Part shown: positions 15,908 to 25,654 of the stretch, in pieces
How the letters are laid out: each line of letters begins with the position of its first letter
Numbering within the stretch: the first letter of the stretch is position 1
Origin: an uncultured Gammaproteobacteria bacterium
Lineage (GTDB): Bacteria > Patescibacteriota > Patescibacteriia > UBA1558 > GWA2-36-10
DNA length: 64,000 nt
NCBI GenBank assembly: GCA_964633905.1
Contig: CAZWIT010000005.1
Location: 26,610-90,609 of the forward strand
Direction of reading: 5' to 3'
Notes under the pieces: generated by a model
Database searches by the model: none
Told to the model about the DNA's origin: nothing
What the model saw: only the letters and a program-made list of their open reading frames with translations
Program-made: the position numbers and the translations under genes

Positions 15908-18409
15908 TTATTTTTTATTATTCCTTAAAAATTGCCAAGCTAAAATTATCACAATAATCAAAACAAAATATAATAAAACCCTCCTGCTTGCCAAGCGCCT
16001 ACTAAAAGATTCACTAATTACATTAGTACTAGTACTAAAATTACTATCTATTTTTTCTCCTAAAACTGTTTGTGATAATTTTAAATCTTGTGCTCTTAAA
16101 ACATTTAATTTAAATTGTTCGTCTACTAAACCTAAAACTCCACTAGCAATAATTTCCGTATCTTTTTTTAAATTTAAATCTTTAGTAGAAAAGTTCAAAC
16201 TTGCTCGTAATTTAATCTCGCCACCTTTTTCTTCTGCCAAATAAATATTGGTGCCTGACTTCTTTACTATCCAGGCATGCAAACTCAAATAAGCACCCAA
16301 ATCACTTTCTGAAAAATCACTAAGCTCTATTGTTTCTGGAGCAATCAAATCCAAACTATTACCAATTGACTGCAAGTCATTTTTATTTTTTATTTTGATT
16401 CTTAAAGGTTGATATTTATTATTTACTTGACCACTGACCCCAACTAAATCGCCAGCTAAAATTTGCGGCCAGTCTTTTTTACTATTATAAACTTCAATAA
16501 CATTTTCATAGTCTGGACTATTATCATTTAAAGGAGCAAAAAACAAACTGCGACTACTCGTGCTGCTTGGATTCAAAGCTAAACCGCTAAAACTAACCAG
16601 TTGTTTATCTTGCCAATTATCTCTAGCTATTATTATTTCCGAAACATCGGCTACTTGTAAATTAGGAGCTTGGGGACTCGGATTCTTAGTCAAAAACCAT
16701 TCTTGATTAGTTAAATCCCAAGCTTGACTCTCACCCTCTTTAGCTTGCTGATATTCAACTTTTTGCCAAACTTCACCCAAAGGAGTAATTAAACGCACAG
16801 CATCGGCCTGATTGTTTAAAGCTAATTTGCTTTCTTGTCTAGAAATTAACAAAAACTCTCCGGCAGCAATACTAGAACTGGCATTAAATAAATATGGCTT
16901 ACTGCCGCCCTCATCATCGTCTAGTTGCCAAGCACTTAAATTAATATTTTTAGCACTGGCATTATAGAGTTCAACCCATTCACCTTCATCACTACCCTCT
17001 GGATCTGGTAAAAATTCGCTAATCAATAAGTCGCCAGGCTGAAAATCAATTTTAGCAATATCTTGCAATTTTATTTCTGGGTCCAAACTCTGAATATCTA
17101 ATAAGCTGGTTGCTTCACTTGATAAGCCACTTGGATCTGTCACCCGCAGACGCAACAAGTATTTTCCCGCACTAGCATAAGTATGATTTTCCTTTTTTTC
17201 ATCAGCCGATAAGTCATCACCAAAGTCCCAAAAATATTTTAAAGCCCCTTCTTCAGGATCAGATGATTCTTCGGCTGATAAAATTATCTTCTGACCAGCT
17301 ATCAAATCTTTACTTAAAACTGAAATTTTTGCCTGCGGAGCTAGATTAGCTTCAATAATATTGGTAGCACCTGGGCTCAAACTACTAGTCCAAACAAAGT
17401 CATTGTTTAGTCTGGCATAACTTTTATTTTCTGGAGCGTTATCTAGATAAGAAATACTTTCTATTAAATTATTATTGGGATCATAAAATTTCACACTGTC
17501 TCCACCCGTATTATTTAAAGAAATGCCAGTTAAACTTTTAGCTAAAACTAAATACGCATTAGGAGCTATATTAAAATTACCTTCTTCTGGAATAGTAAAA
17601 ATCCTAGCTGAATTATCTTGTAATTTACAAGCCGCCAAATCAATACTGGTATTGCCAGAATTAAAAAGTTCAATCCACTCTCCCTCATCGCTGCCACTAG
17701 GATTAGGTAGAAATTCTGAAATTTTAACTTGGCCCCAATTATTACTAAGACCGCCTGAGCCTGGCTGAGACGGTGGATTGTCTTCATTGTTTTCTGGAGG
17801 ATCATCATCGTCGCCTGGTGGGTTATCATCAGGCGGCGTATCAGATGCTTGACTATTTATTTGACCAGGAGTGCCACCACTAATATTACTAACTTGCCAA
17901 TTTGATTGACTACTGTCTTGATTTAAAATAATTTTTTCTAAACTATTACCGTCACCAGCCGCTCCCCAAGTAGCTTCATAGCTAGCATTAATATTTTGAC
18001 TTTGCCCACCATCAAAACTAAGCGCAATTGTGCTACTACTATTTGGTAAATTCATTACCGTGTCAAAAACAGTAGCCGTAAAACCAGGGTGGTTAGTTAA
18101 AAATTGGTTAGCATCACTAGCAATAATAAAATATTCTTGGCTAGCGATGGTACTAGTGCCATTAACTAAATTTAAAAGATGATTAGCGCCATCCCAAAAA
18201 CGCCAAGTCTGCCCACCGCTGCCCGTCAATACTTCTACCACCTCTGCACCACCATTATAAACCTCAATCCACTCCTGACCGCTGTCCGAACCTTGCGCAT
18301 CGTACATAATTTCCGAAATCACCAAATCATTTGTGCTAGCTAAACTTATTTTTGGTAAAAATAAATTTAACAAAAATAAAATTAAAAATATTGTCGCTTT
18401 TCTTTTCAT
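15908..18409 (-). CDS. Surface protein with three lamin-tail-like domains, a PKD domain, possible OB folds and a C-terminal TM anchor
   Basis: Three ISE..P.P.GSD.GEW(I/V)E repeats, YFWDFGD...HTYASAGKY PKD motif, signal peptide, C-terminal TM. Confidence 0.85.
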   Translation of the reverse strand: MKRKATIFLILFLLNLFLPKISLASTNDLVISEIMYDAQGSDSGQEWIEVYNGGAEVVEVLTGSGGQTWRFWDGANHLLNLVNGTSTIASQEYFIIASDANQFLTNHPGFTATVFDTVMNLPNSSSTIALSFDGGQSQNINASYEATWGAAGDGNSLEKIILNQDSSQSNWQVSNISGGTPGQINSQASDTPPDDNPPGDDDDPPENNEDNPPSQPGSGGLSNNWGQVKISEFLPNPSGSDEGEWIELFNSGNTSIDLAACKLQDNSARIFTIPEEGNFNIAPNAYLVLAKSLTGISLNNTGGDSVKFYDPNNNLIESISYLDNAPENKSYARLNNDFVWTSSLSPGATNIIEANLAPQAKISVLSKDLIAGQKIILSAEESSDPEEGALKYFWDFGDDLSADEKKENHTYASAGKYLLRLRVTDPSGLSSEATSLLDIQSLDPEIKLQDIAKIDFQPGDLLISEFLPDPEGSDEGEWVELYNASAKNINLSAWQLDDDEGGSKPYLFNASSSIAAGEFLLISRQESKLALNNQADAVRLITPLGEVWQKVEYQQAKEGESQAWDLTNQEWFLTKNPSPQAPNLQVADVSEIIIARDNWQDKQLVSFSGLALNPSSTSSRSLFFAPLNDNSPDYENVIEVYNSKKDWPQILAGDLVGVSGQVNNKYQPLRIKIKNKNDLQSIGNSLDLIAPETIELSDFSESDLGAYLSLHAWIVKKSGTNIYLAEEKGGEIKLRASLNFSTKDLNLKKDTEIIASGVLGLVDEQFKLNVLRAQDLKLSQTVLGEKIDSNFSTSTNVISESFSRRLASRRVLLYFVLIIVIILAWQFLRNNKK

Positions 18410-18495
18410 ATTTTTAGCTTAGGCAAGGCCACCGGACACAGGCAAACCAGCGACCTTAGCCCAAGATAAAAATTATCTAGTTCGAACTATGTTAA

Positions 18496-18906
18496 TTAAT
18501 TATCTTCTTCAATCTGAATCTCCTCCACATCAATTTCTTCTTTGGCAGTTTCGTCACCTTTTACATCTTTTTTGTGACTACCGCCCAACATAATTAAATC
18601 TGAAGCAACTACCTCGGTGATGTAGCGAGTATTTTTATTTTTGTCTTGATAAGAACGATTTTGTAAACGACCCTCCAAAAATACTTTGGAGCCTTTCTTT
18701 AAATAGCTACTAATAATCTCTGCCAAATGACCCCAGGCCACTACTTTATGAAAATCCGCTCGGCTCTTTTTTTCTTTAGTGCGTACATCCTTCCAATTAT
18801 AATTGGTAGCTAGGGTAAATAAAGCTACGCTTTGACCAGAAGCTAGAGATTTGTTAACTGGATCACCCGTCAAATTGCCAATTAAACTTACTTTGTTTAA
18901 ATCCAT
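18496..18906 (-). CDS. ssb: Single-stranded DNA-binding protein
   Basis: LNKVSLIGNLTGDP...YLKKGSKVFLEGRLQNRSY. Acidic tail lacks the terminal PF. Confidence 0.92.
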   Translation of the reverse strand: MDLNKVSLIGNLTGDPVNKSLASGQSVALFTLATNYNWKDVRTKEKKSRADFHKVVAWGHLAEIISSYLKKGSKVFLEGRLQNRSYQDKNKNTRYITEVVASDLIMLGGSHKKDVKGDETAKEEIDVEEIQIEEDN

Positions 18907-19023
18907 ATCGCTTTCCTTTCTTTTACTTTAATCAAAAAGTAAAAATAATTAATTAATGCCTGTTTTGCCAATAAAATTAAGCTTTCTACTTTAATTTAAG
19001 ATTGACAAATTTGATTATTTATT

Positions 19024-19212
19024 TTAATATAGGCAATGAGGCTTAGCATTCCGTAAGGAATAGTTATCCTCAAAATCGCTTTTCTTAGTAAGAGCCCTGC
19101 GCAAGCGGGGTTCTTGCTTTTTTATATAAAAAAACAAATAATCGTCAAAATTATTTTGCAAATTTCTATTATAAAATTTTGCCTGCTTGATTTGAGTAAT
19201 CAAGTTTTTCAT
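19024..19212 (-). CDS. Small basic hypothetical protein
   Basis: 62-aa ORF behind promoter TTGACA-17-TAAGAT (19295-19267). Start context GAAAAGCGATTATG resembles that of ssb. Confidence 0.4.
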   Translation of the reverse strand: MKNLITQIKQAKFYNRNLQNNFDDYLFFYIKKQEPRLRRALTKKSDFEDNYSLRNAKPHCLY

Positions 19213-19341
19213 AATCGCTTTTCTTAAGCCGTCGGCTAAAAATTAGCCGTCTCGATTATGCTCATAATCTTAAATAATATTTTTTAGCTTGTCAAGAAAA
19301 ATAAAAACGCCTCTCCAACTTTTAGATGAAGAGGCGCAATA

Positions 19342-20400
19342 TTAATTTGTAGCCATCAACTTGGCCAAAGCTTCTGCCAATACCTTAGACATATCAACAT
19401 TGCGAATCAAGCCACCGGTAGTATTACGGTAAGAGCGGTAAATAGTATTGCCAGCCAAAATCATTTTAAAAGGGCTATCTTCGGGTTCAGCTACTTCTTC
19501 GCGCCAACCCGGTGAACAACAAGTGTGAGTTACAGCAAAAATAACTTGCTCAGCACCAAGCAACAAACACCAGCGCGCATTGCCAGCCGCTGTCCGACCA
19601 GTGTCAAGCTCATCATCGCGAATAATTACTGCTGACCCTAGTAACGCTTTTTCATAATCCTGCCAGATAATAGGAATACCGCTATCTGTTTGCAGTTGCT
19701 CAAGCAAGCGCAAAGTATCAGCTGTAAGCTCGACATTGATATTAATCTGCCCATTAGCCAGACGCTCTTTGGGTCTAAATAATACTGGAACAGATAGGGC
19801 CTTAGCTAGTTTTACGGCTCTTTCCAAAGATCCTTTGTCCGGAGAAAACACATAACATTGTTTATTGTTAGCCTTAATTTCTTCCATAAAATCAAGCAGA
19901 GAAGCAGCAAAAGCTGAAGTCGGATCAACATTAGTCATATTAAGACCTGCTTCCAAACCATTAATAATTGTTTGCTGCGAATGACAATCGCAAACAATCA
20001 AGCTATCAACGCCATTTTGTTTTAGGCTATGCAAAAACCAACGATTACGTTGAATCTCCTTAGGTTTTTCAGCGTGATCTTGGCGCCGATAAGCCATAAA
20101 AGGCATAACCACTGTTAGAGTTTTAGCCATATATTGGTGTTTGATGGCCCAAATAAGCTGGAGACCTTGCAAAACCAGGGAGCCACTGTGGCTAGCCATA
20201 AAAAATACTACGTGCTTGCCGGCAACATCAACAAACTTGGGAATTTTATCGTTAAATTCGCCATCACGCCAATTGGAATAATTAATGTGTGACAGCTTCA
20301 AATCGGGGTCATTCGGCCTAAGAGCATTTAAACGATCAATAATCCTAACTGCCAGATTATGCATCTCGCCTTCGCTGCAAAGCAAGACAAAGCCGGGCAT
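19342..20400 (-). CDS. Divergent ribose-phosphate pyrophosphokinase (PRPP synthetase)-like protein (cassette)
   Basis: PFMAYRRQD, DCHS, SPDKGS, IIRDDELDTGRT motifs. SD AGGAG, own promoter and terminator. Confidence 0.8.
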   Translation of the reverse strand: MPGFVLLCSEGEMHNLAVRIIDRLNALRPNDPDLKLSHINYSNWRDGEFNDKIPKFVDVAGKHVVFFMASHSGSLVLQGLQLIWAIKHQYMAKTLTVVMPFMAYRRQDHAEKPKEIQRNRWFLHSLKQNGVDSLIVCDCHSQQTIINGLEAGLNMTNVDPTSAFAASLLDFMEEIKANNKQCYVFSPDKGSLERAVKLAKALSVPVLFRPKERLANGQININVELTADTLRLLEQLQTDSGIPIIWQDYEKALLGSAVIIRDDELDTGRTAAGNARWCLLLGAEQVIFAVTHTCCSPGWREEVAEPEDSPFKMILAGNTIYRSYRNTTGGLIRNVDMSKVLAEALAKLMATN

Positions 20401-20519
20401 GAAACACTCTCCTGGTTGAGGGTAAAAGCATGTGAAGGTACTAGAATTTGCCTTAATCTAAAAACATATTACTTACTTTGTCAAACTAAAAATAGCGCCT
20501 AAATTTAGGCGCTATTTTG

Positions 20520-22292
20520 TCAAGCTATAAATCCTCCTACTTGTTTAGACCACAAGCGTTTATAAAAACCATCTTTCTTTTTTAATAACTCTTGGTGACT
20601 ACCCGTTTCAATAATTCTACCCTGATCAATAACTACAATTCTATCCATCTTCATAATTGTTGATAAACGATGAGCAATAACAATTACAGTTTTGTCTTGC
20701 ATTAAATTAGCAAGTGCTTTTTGGATTAATTCTTCTGACTGCGAATCAAGACTTGAAGTAGCTTCATCTAAAACTAAGATTGGCGCATTCTTAATAATTG
20801 CCCGAGCAATTGCTACTCGTTGTCTTTCACCACCAGAAAGTCTAACACCCCTTTCTCCTACAAAAGTTTCGTAAGCCTCGGTAAACCCTTTAATAAAATC
20901 ATGAGCATGCGCAAGTTTAGCCGCCTTAATTACCTCTCCTTCACTTGCTCCCCACAAGCCATAGGCAATATTTTCACTTAAGGTACGATGAAATAATACT
21001 GGATCTTGATTTACTAAAGCAATATTTTCCCACAAGCTTTCCTGACTAACATTACTAATATTTTGTCCGTCGAGCAATATCTGTCCTTTGGTCAAATCAT
21101 GTTGGCGCAATAAAATACTAGCAATGGTTGATTTACCACCACCCGACGGACCAACAATGGCTACTTTTTCTTTAGGCTTGATGCTTAAATTAAAATCTTT
21201 AATAACTTTTCTAGTTTGATTATAACTAAAACTAACATTATTAAATTCAATTTTACCAGCTGATATCTGCAAACGTTTAGCTTTTGGCAAATCAATAATT
21301 TCATGAGGAGTTTCTAAGGCCTCGGTCATTTCTTGAGCATCAGCCATGGCTTCATAATAATATCTAATAATGCGACCAAAGTCCCACAGACGATCAAACA
21401 TATTAATTAAATAAGTTTGAATCAAAACAAAGTCACCAATAGTAATTAAACCAGCTTGCCATAATTTTATTGCATAAAACATCAAGCCGATTTCTAAACC
21501 GGTCATCATCAAAGTCTGCACACCATCAAAAATATTGGTTAGATTCCAAGAAAATTGACGAATAGCTTGTAGCTGAGAAGTAATTTTACGAAAAGCATTA
21601 TTTTCTCTGGTGTAACCGTTAAATAATTTAATATTCAGTTGGTTAGTAATTGTATCAGCCAATACTCCACTTACCTTGGAATCTAGTTCACTCCGCTTTA
21701 CATCGTATTTTAATTTATAACGGCTAAAGAAAAAATTAATTACACAAAATAATATTACCCAAACTAAAACTGCCAGACCTACCCAGACTTGGCGTTGCAT
21801 CAATACATAAACTATTAAAGATACACTAACTATACTCGGAATTAAACTCCAGATAAAAACCTCCATAACAGCGCCAAAGGAGTAAACAAAACGATTCACC
21901 TTTTTGACTAGTGAACCGGCAAAGTTATTATTAAAAAACGAAACTGAATGTTTATGTAAATAAGCAAAGCAAGAATTGAACAAATCAGCCATTACTCGTG
22001 TCTGAAAATAACTAGAAGTAAAGCTTAATACTCGCCAACAGGACCAGGTAAATAATTTAATCCCTAAAATAATAATCAACACTTCTGTAAATTGCCCCAA
22101 GCTAGCAGCTGAACCAGTTGTAGTAAGTAAATCAAAAAACTTTTTATAATAAATCGGGCTCAAGACATTGCCGGCTGAAGCTAAAATTACAAAAATAAAA
22201 ATAACAAAAAAAGCTACACGGTATTTTAATACGTGCTTAAAATAATAAGCAAAAGTTTGCTTAGTAAGGTTTTTCTTATTTGTTTTATTCAT
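20520..22292 (-). CDS. ABC exporter, fused TM + ATPase (MsbA/Atm1-like)
   Basis: GPSGGGKST, LSGGERQR, LDEATSSLD, IAHRLST; 6 TM helices. Confidence 0.93.
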   Translation of the reverse strand: MNKTNKKNLTKQTFAYYFKHVLKYRVAFFVIFIFVILASAGNVLSPIYYKKFFDLLTTTGSAASLGQFTEVLIIILGIKLFTWSCWRVLSFTSSYFQTRVMADLFNSCFAYLHKHSVSFFNNNFAGSLVKKVNRFVYSFGAVMEVFIWSLIPSIVSVSLIVYVLMQRQVWVGLAVLVWVILFCVINFFFSRYKLKYDVKRSELDSKVSGVLADTITNQLNIKLFNGYTRENNAFRKITSQLQAIRQFSWNLTNIFDGVQTLMMTGLEIGLMFYAIKLWQAGLITIGDFVLIQTYLINMFDRLWDFGRIIRYYYEAMADAQEMTEALETPHEIIDLPKAKRLQISAGKIEFNNVSFSYNQTRKVIKDFNLSIKPKEKVAIVGPSGGGKSTIASILLRQHDLTKGQILLDGQNISNVSQESLWENIALVNQDPVLFHRTLSENIAYGLWGASEGEVIKAAKLAHAHDFIKGFTEAYETFVGERGVRLSGGERQRVAIARAIIKNAPILVLDEATSSLDSQSEELIQKALANLMQDKTVIVIAHRLSTIMKMDRIVVIDQGRIIETGSHQELLKKKDGFYKRLWSKQVGGFIA

Positions 22293-22415
22293 AAATACTA
22301 AGACGTTTTAACTAGTCTTATATTACAACTATTTTAGATTATTGACTACCTGTTAAAAAATTGCTAGATTTTTTAGGTTGTTTCCGTTATTTACCAAAAA
22401 CGCCAAGGAGCAGCC

Positions 22416-22607
22416 GTGCGCGAACAAAATCAAAGCACTTTGTCTGATATTTGTGACTGCGACTGCCATGAATATGGACATTTAAAACATTGTGAATGTT
22501 GTCTAATATGCCCTTATTGTCAACAAAAAATTAAACACTACTTTTACGAAGACCACATTAATAATAATTGCCCCATAAAAAGCATCCCCATCCAAAGACT
22601 AGAGTAG
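22416..22607 (+). CDS. Small Cys/His-rich probable metal-binding protein (cassette)
   Basis: CDCDCH...HCECCLICPYC...H...C. AAGGAG SD, TTGACT-17-TAGATT promoter, terminator 22633-22665. Confidence 0.7.
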   Translation: MREQNQSTLSDICDCDCHEYGHLKHCECCLICPYCQQKIKHYFYEDHINNNCPIKSIPIQRLE

Positions 22608-22680
22608 CTAAAATAAACTTGGCCAAAATAAATAGCCCTGAACCATGCGGCACAGGGCTATTTTTAATTTTATTTAAAGA

Positions 22681-23910
22681 TTAAAGTTGAGTTTTGATAG
22701 CAGCGGCTAGTCTTTCAATAGCAGTTATAAAAGCTGCCTTGCGTAAATCAATTTTATATTTTTCGCTATTAGCATAAACACCCCCCCAAGCTGTCATCAT
22801 TTTTTCTTTTAGCTGAGTAGCCACCTCTTCAGCCGTCCAATAATTATTACTCAAATTTTGTAACCATTCAAAATAAGAAACAGTTACGCCCCCAGCGTTA
22901 GCTAAGACATCAGGGATCAGTAAAATATTTTTATCGTGTAAAATCTCATCTGCCTCTGGCAAAGTTGGACCATTCGCAAGCTCTAAAACAATTTTAGCTT
23001 TTATTTCTTTAGCAATCTCTGCATTAATTTGATTTTCTAAAGCTGCTGGAATAATAATATCAACCGGTAAAGCAAAAAATTCTTCTTTACTTAGTTTCTT
23101 AGGCCCAACAAAATTATCTAAATTGCCACCAGCTTGTTTATGTTTTTTGACTTCTTCTAAATCTAAACCTTTAGCATCATAAACAGCGGCCGATGAGTCA
23201 GCGATAGCTACCACCTTATAGCCATTAGCCTTTAGTAAATCGGCCATTACGCTACCAGCATTACCAAAACCCTGAATAGCAACATTTAAATTTTTAGCTT
23301 TTAATTTCAAACCTTCAACAGCTGCTTCTAAAACGTAAAAACCACCTTGAGCTGTAGCTGTACCTCTACCTAGGGAACCTCCTAGCTCTACGGGCTTACC
23401 AGTAACTACGCCCGGACTTTTTTCACCAACTAATTTTGAATATTCATCAGCAATCCAAGCCATAATTTCTGGTGTTGTATAAACATCAGGAGCAGGAATA
23501 TCTTTTTTTGGTCCAATTACATCGCGAAAGGCCCTTACCCAAGCGCGTGACAATTGCTCTAATTCATTTTTAGACAAACTTTTAGTATCAACAATAATAC
23601 CACCCTTACCACCGCCCATAGGAATATCAACCACCGCACATTTGATAGCCATCCAAAAAGCTAAAGCTTTAACTTCGGATAAATCAACTTGCGGATGAAA
23701 ACGTAAACCACCTTTGTAAGGACCGCGGCTACTATTATATTGTACACGATAAGCTTGAAACAACTGCCAAGAGCCATCATCGCGCCTTAAAGGTAAACTA
23801 GCATCGACTACCCTTTCTGGTTCTGACAAACGAAGCAATACCTCTTTGTCTAATTTCATTATTTGAGCAGCCTTTTCTAGCTGCCTTAAAGCATTATCAA
23901 AAGCATTCAT
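22681..23910 (-). CDS. gdhA: Glu/Leu/Phe/Val dehydrogenase (glutamate dehydrogenase)
   Basis: RGPYKGGLRFHP, GGGKGG, DIPAPDV, GFGNAG, ANAGGVTVSYFEW. Confidence 0.93.
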   Translation of the reverse strand: MNAFDNALRQLEKAAQIMKLDKEVLLRLSEPERVVDASLPLRRDDGSWQLFQAYRVQYNSSRGPYKGGLRFHPQVDLSEVKALAFWMAIKCAVVDIPMGGGKGGIIVDTKSLSKNELEQLSRAWVRAFRDVIGPKKDIPAPDVYTTPEIMAWIADEYSKLVGEKSPGVVTGKPVELGGSLGRGTATAQGGFYVLEAAVEGLKLKAKNLNVAIQGFGNAGSVMADLLKANGYKVVAIADSSAAVYDAKGLDLEEVKKHKQAGGNLDNFVGPKKLSKEEFFALPVDIIIPAALENQINAEIAKEIKAKIVLELANGPTLPEADEILHDKNILLIPDVLANAGGVTVSYFEWLQNLSNNYWTAEEVATQLKEKMMTAWGGVYANSEKYKIDLRKAAFITAIERLAAAIKTQL

Positions 23911-23930
23911 ATTTTTTTGTTTAATATTTA

Positions 23931-24878
23931 TTATTTACCCCAATCCTGACCAACAAGTTTACCACCCTGTAAATATTTACAGGCCTGCAGAGCAGCCTTG
24001 GCTCCTTCGCCAGCAGATATTACTACTTGTTTATAAGTAATTTGAGTTAGATCGCCAGCAGCAAAAACACCAGCAGCACTAGTCTCATTATCAGCCGAGA
24101 CTAATACTTCATTGGCTGAATTTAAATTAAGTAAATCTTTTAACCAAGCTGTTTTAGCCAAGTGCCCAATCTCTACAAAGATACCGTCCACTGCTAATAT
24201 TTGTTCTTGTTGATTAGCATCAAAATAAACCATGGCCTCTACCTTGTTCTGCCCCTTTATTTCTTTACTAATTCCATTAAAGATAACTTTAATATTATCT
24301 GTGTGCAAAACCTGATCAATCAAAACTTGTTCGCCCCTAAACTGATCGCCGCGCACCAAAACATAAACTTGCTTAGCAATTTTACTTAAATATTCAGCAG
24401 CATCCAAAGCCGCATTGCCACCGCCAACCACCACCACATTTTTGCCTTTATATAAAGGGCCATCGCAGGTAGCACAGTAAGCAACTCCCTTACCGGTTAA
24501 TTCTTTTTCACCAGGCACATCTAAATTTCTAGGTGTTAAGCCAAAGGCTAAGATGACAGCTCGTGCATTGATCTGTTGACCATCAACAGTTTTAACTAGA
24601 AAATTATTTTCAACTTTTTCAATCTTGTCTACTTCACTAAAAATAAAATTTGCACCAAAACTCTCTGCCTGCTCTTTCATTTTTTGGGCAAGCTCTGGAC
24701 CAGAAATTTTTTCATAGCCTGGATAATTTTCAATATTTTCGGTTAAGGCCATTTGTCCACCAATGTCTTTACTAATTACCAAAGTTTTAAAAGCACGACG
24801 CACCGCATAAATAGCCGCGGCTAACCCTGCTGGACCAGCACCTACCACTACCACGTCGTAATTTAAATTGTCTGCCAT
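23931..24878 (-). CDS. trxB: Thioredoxin reductase
   Basis: GAGPAG, YCATCDG, GGGNAA, AAGD. Start taken at MADNLNY (24878). Confidence 0.95.
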   Translation of the reverse strand: MADNLNYDVVVVGAGPAGLAAAIYAVRRAFKTLVISKDIGGQMALTENIENYPGYEKISGPELAQKMKEQAESFGANFIFSEVDKIEKVENNFLVKTVDGQQINARAVILAFGLTPRNLDVPGEKELTGKGVAYCATCDGPLYKGKNVVVVGGGNAALDAAEYLSKIAKQVYVLVRGDQFRGEQVLIDQVLHTDNIKVIFNGISKEIKGQNKVEAMVYFDANQQEQILAVDGIFVEIGHLAKTAWLKDLLNLNSANEVLVSADNETSAAGVFAAGDLTQITYKQVVISAGEGAKAALQACKYLQGGKLVGQDWGK

Positions 24879-24882
24879 ATTT

Positions 24883-25209
24883 TTAGGCTGCAAACTTATT
24901 AATTTTTTCAAGCAAGCTAGCCTTGCCTTGCATACCAATCATTTCATCAACCACCTGACCATCTTTAAATAATTTTAAAGTAGGAATGCTCATAATTTGA
25001 AACTCTTGGGCTGTTTGTTGATTTTCATCAACATTAAGCTTGCTAATTTTTATATTTTCTTTAGCTTTTAATTCTTCTGCTAGAGCTTCAATAATAGGAC
25101 CTTGCATTTTACAAGGACCACACCAAGGTGCCCAAAAATCTACCAGGGCTACCCCCTTAAAATCTTTAATCTCTTTTGAAAAATTTTGATCAGTTAATTC
25201 TATTGCCAT
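24883..25209 (-). CDS. trxA: Thioredoxin
   Basis: WAPWCGPC active site. Confidence 0.97.
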   Translation of the reverse strand: MAIELTDQNFSKEIKDFKGVALVDFWAPWCGPCKMQGPIIEALAEELKAKENIKISKLNVDENQQTAQEFQIMSIPTLKLFKDGQVVDEMIGMQGKASLLEKINKFAA

Positions 25210-25268
25210 AAATTTATTTTAAATTATTTATTTAATTATCTTTTAAAATTATTATTTACTTTATAAGT

Positions 25269-25532
25269 TTAGGTGTGCTGAAAAAAAGTGTCAATTAAAT
25301 CCAAAACCTCCTTGCGCTTCAACATTGTTTGTCCGCGATAACAACCATTTAACTTAGCCGCGATTAAATTTTTCGCCACCGCATCCAAAGACGCCCGCGA
25401 AGCAAAGGCTACTCTAATAATCTCTTCTACTGGCCTTTGATCAACATACATTTTTTCAATGGCCTTTACTTGGCCACTAATACGGTGCAGTTGTGCAATA
25501 ATTTTTTCTGGCTGACAAACTTGTGCTTTCAT
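25269..25532 (-). CDS. CsoR/RcnR-family repressor with atypical ligand set
   Basis: LHRISGQVKAIEKM core motif. Start taken at MKAQVC (25532). Confidence 0.8.
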   Translation of the reverse strand: MKAQVCQPEKIIAQLHRISGQVKAIEKMYVDQRPVEEIIRVAFASRASLDAVAKNLIAAKLNGCYRGQTMLKRKEVLDLIDTFFQHT

Positions 25533-25553
25533 TTTTATAAAAATATTATTTGT

Positions 25554-25599
25554 ATATACCCCTATAGGGTATATTAGCACAAAATAAAAAAACGGTCAA
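25554..25599 (-). promoter_or_regulatory. Promoter with overlapping CsoR-type operator
   Basis: TTGACC-17-TAATAT. Inverted repeat ATATACCC-CTATA-GGGTATAT at 25554-25574 overlaps the -10/+1 region. Confidence 0.8.
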
Positions 25600-25654
25600 A
25601 TAAAAAAGTCCTGCTAAAAAGCAGGACCAAAATAACAAGAAACGTTTATCTTGC

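Noticed and set aside
18418-18470. CACAGGCAAACC resembling a c-di-GMP-I riboswitch
   Set aside because: It is on the strand opposite the downstream gene, lacks the GNRA/P2 elements, and G-U pairs favour a simple minus-strand hairpin.
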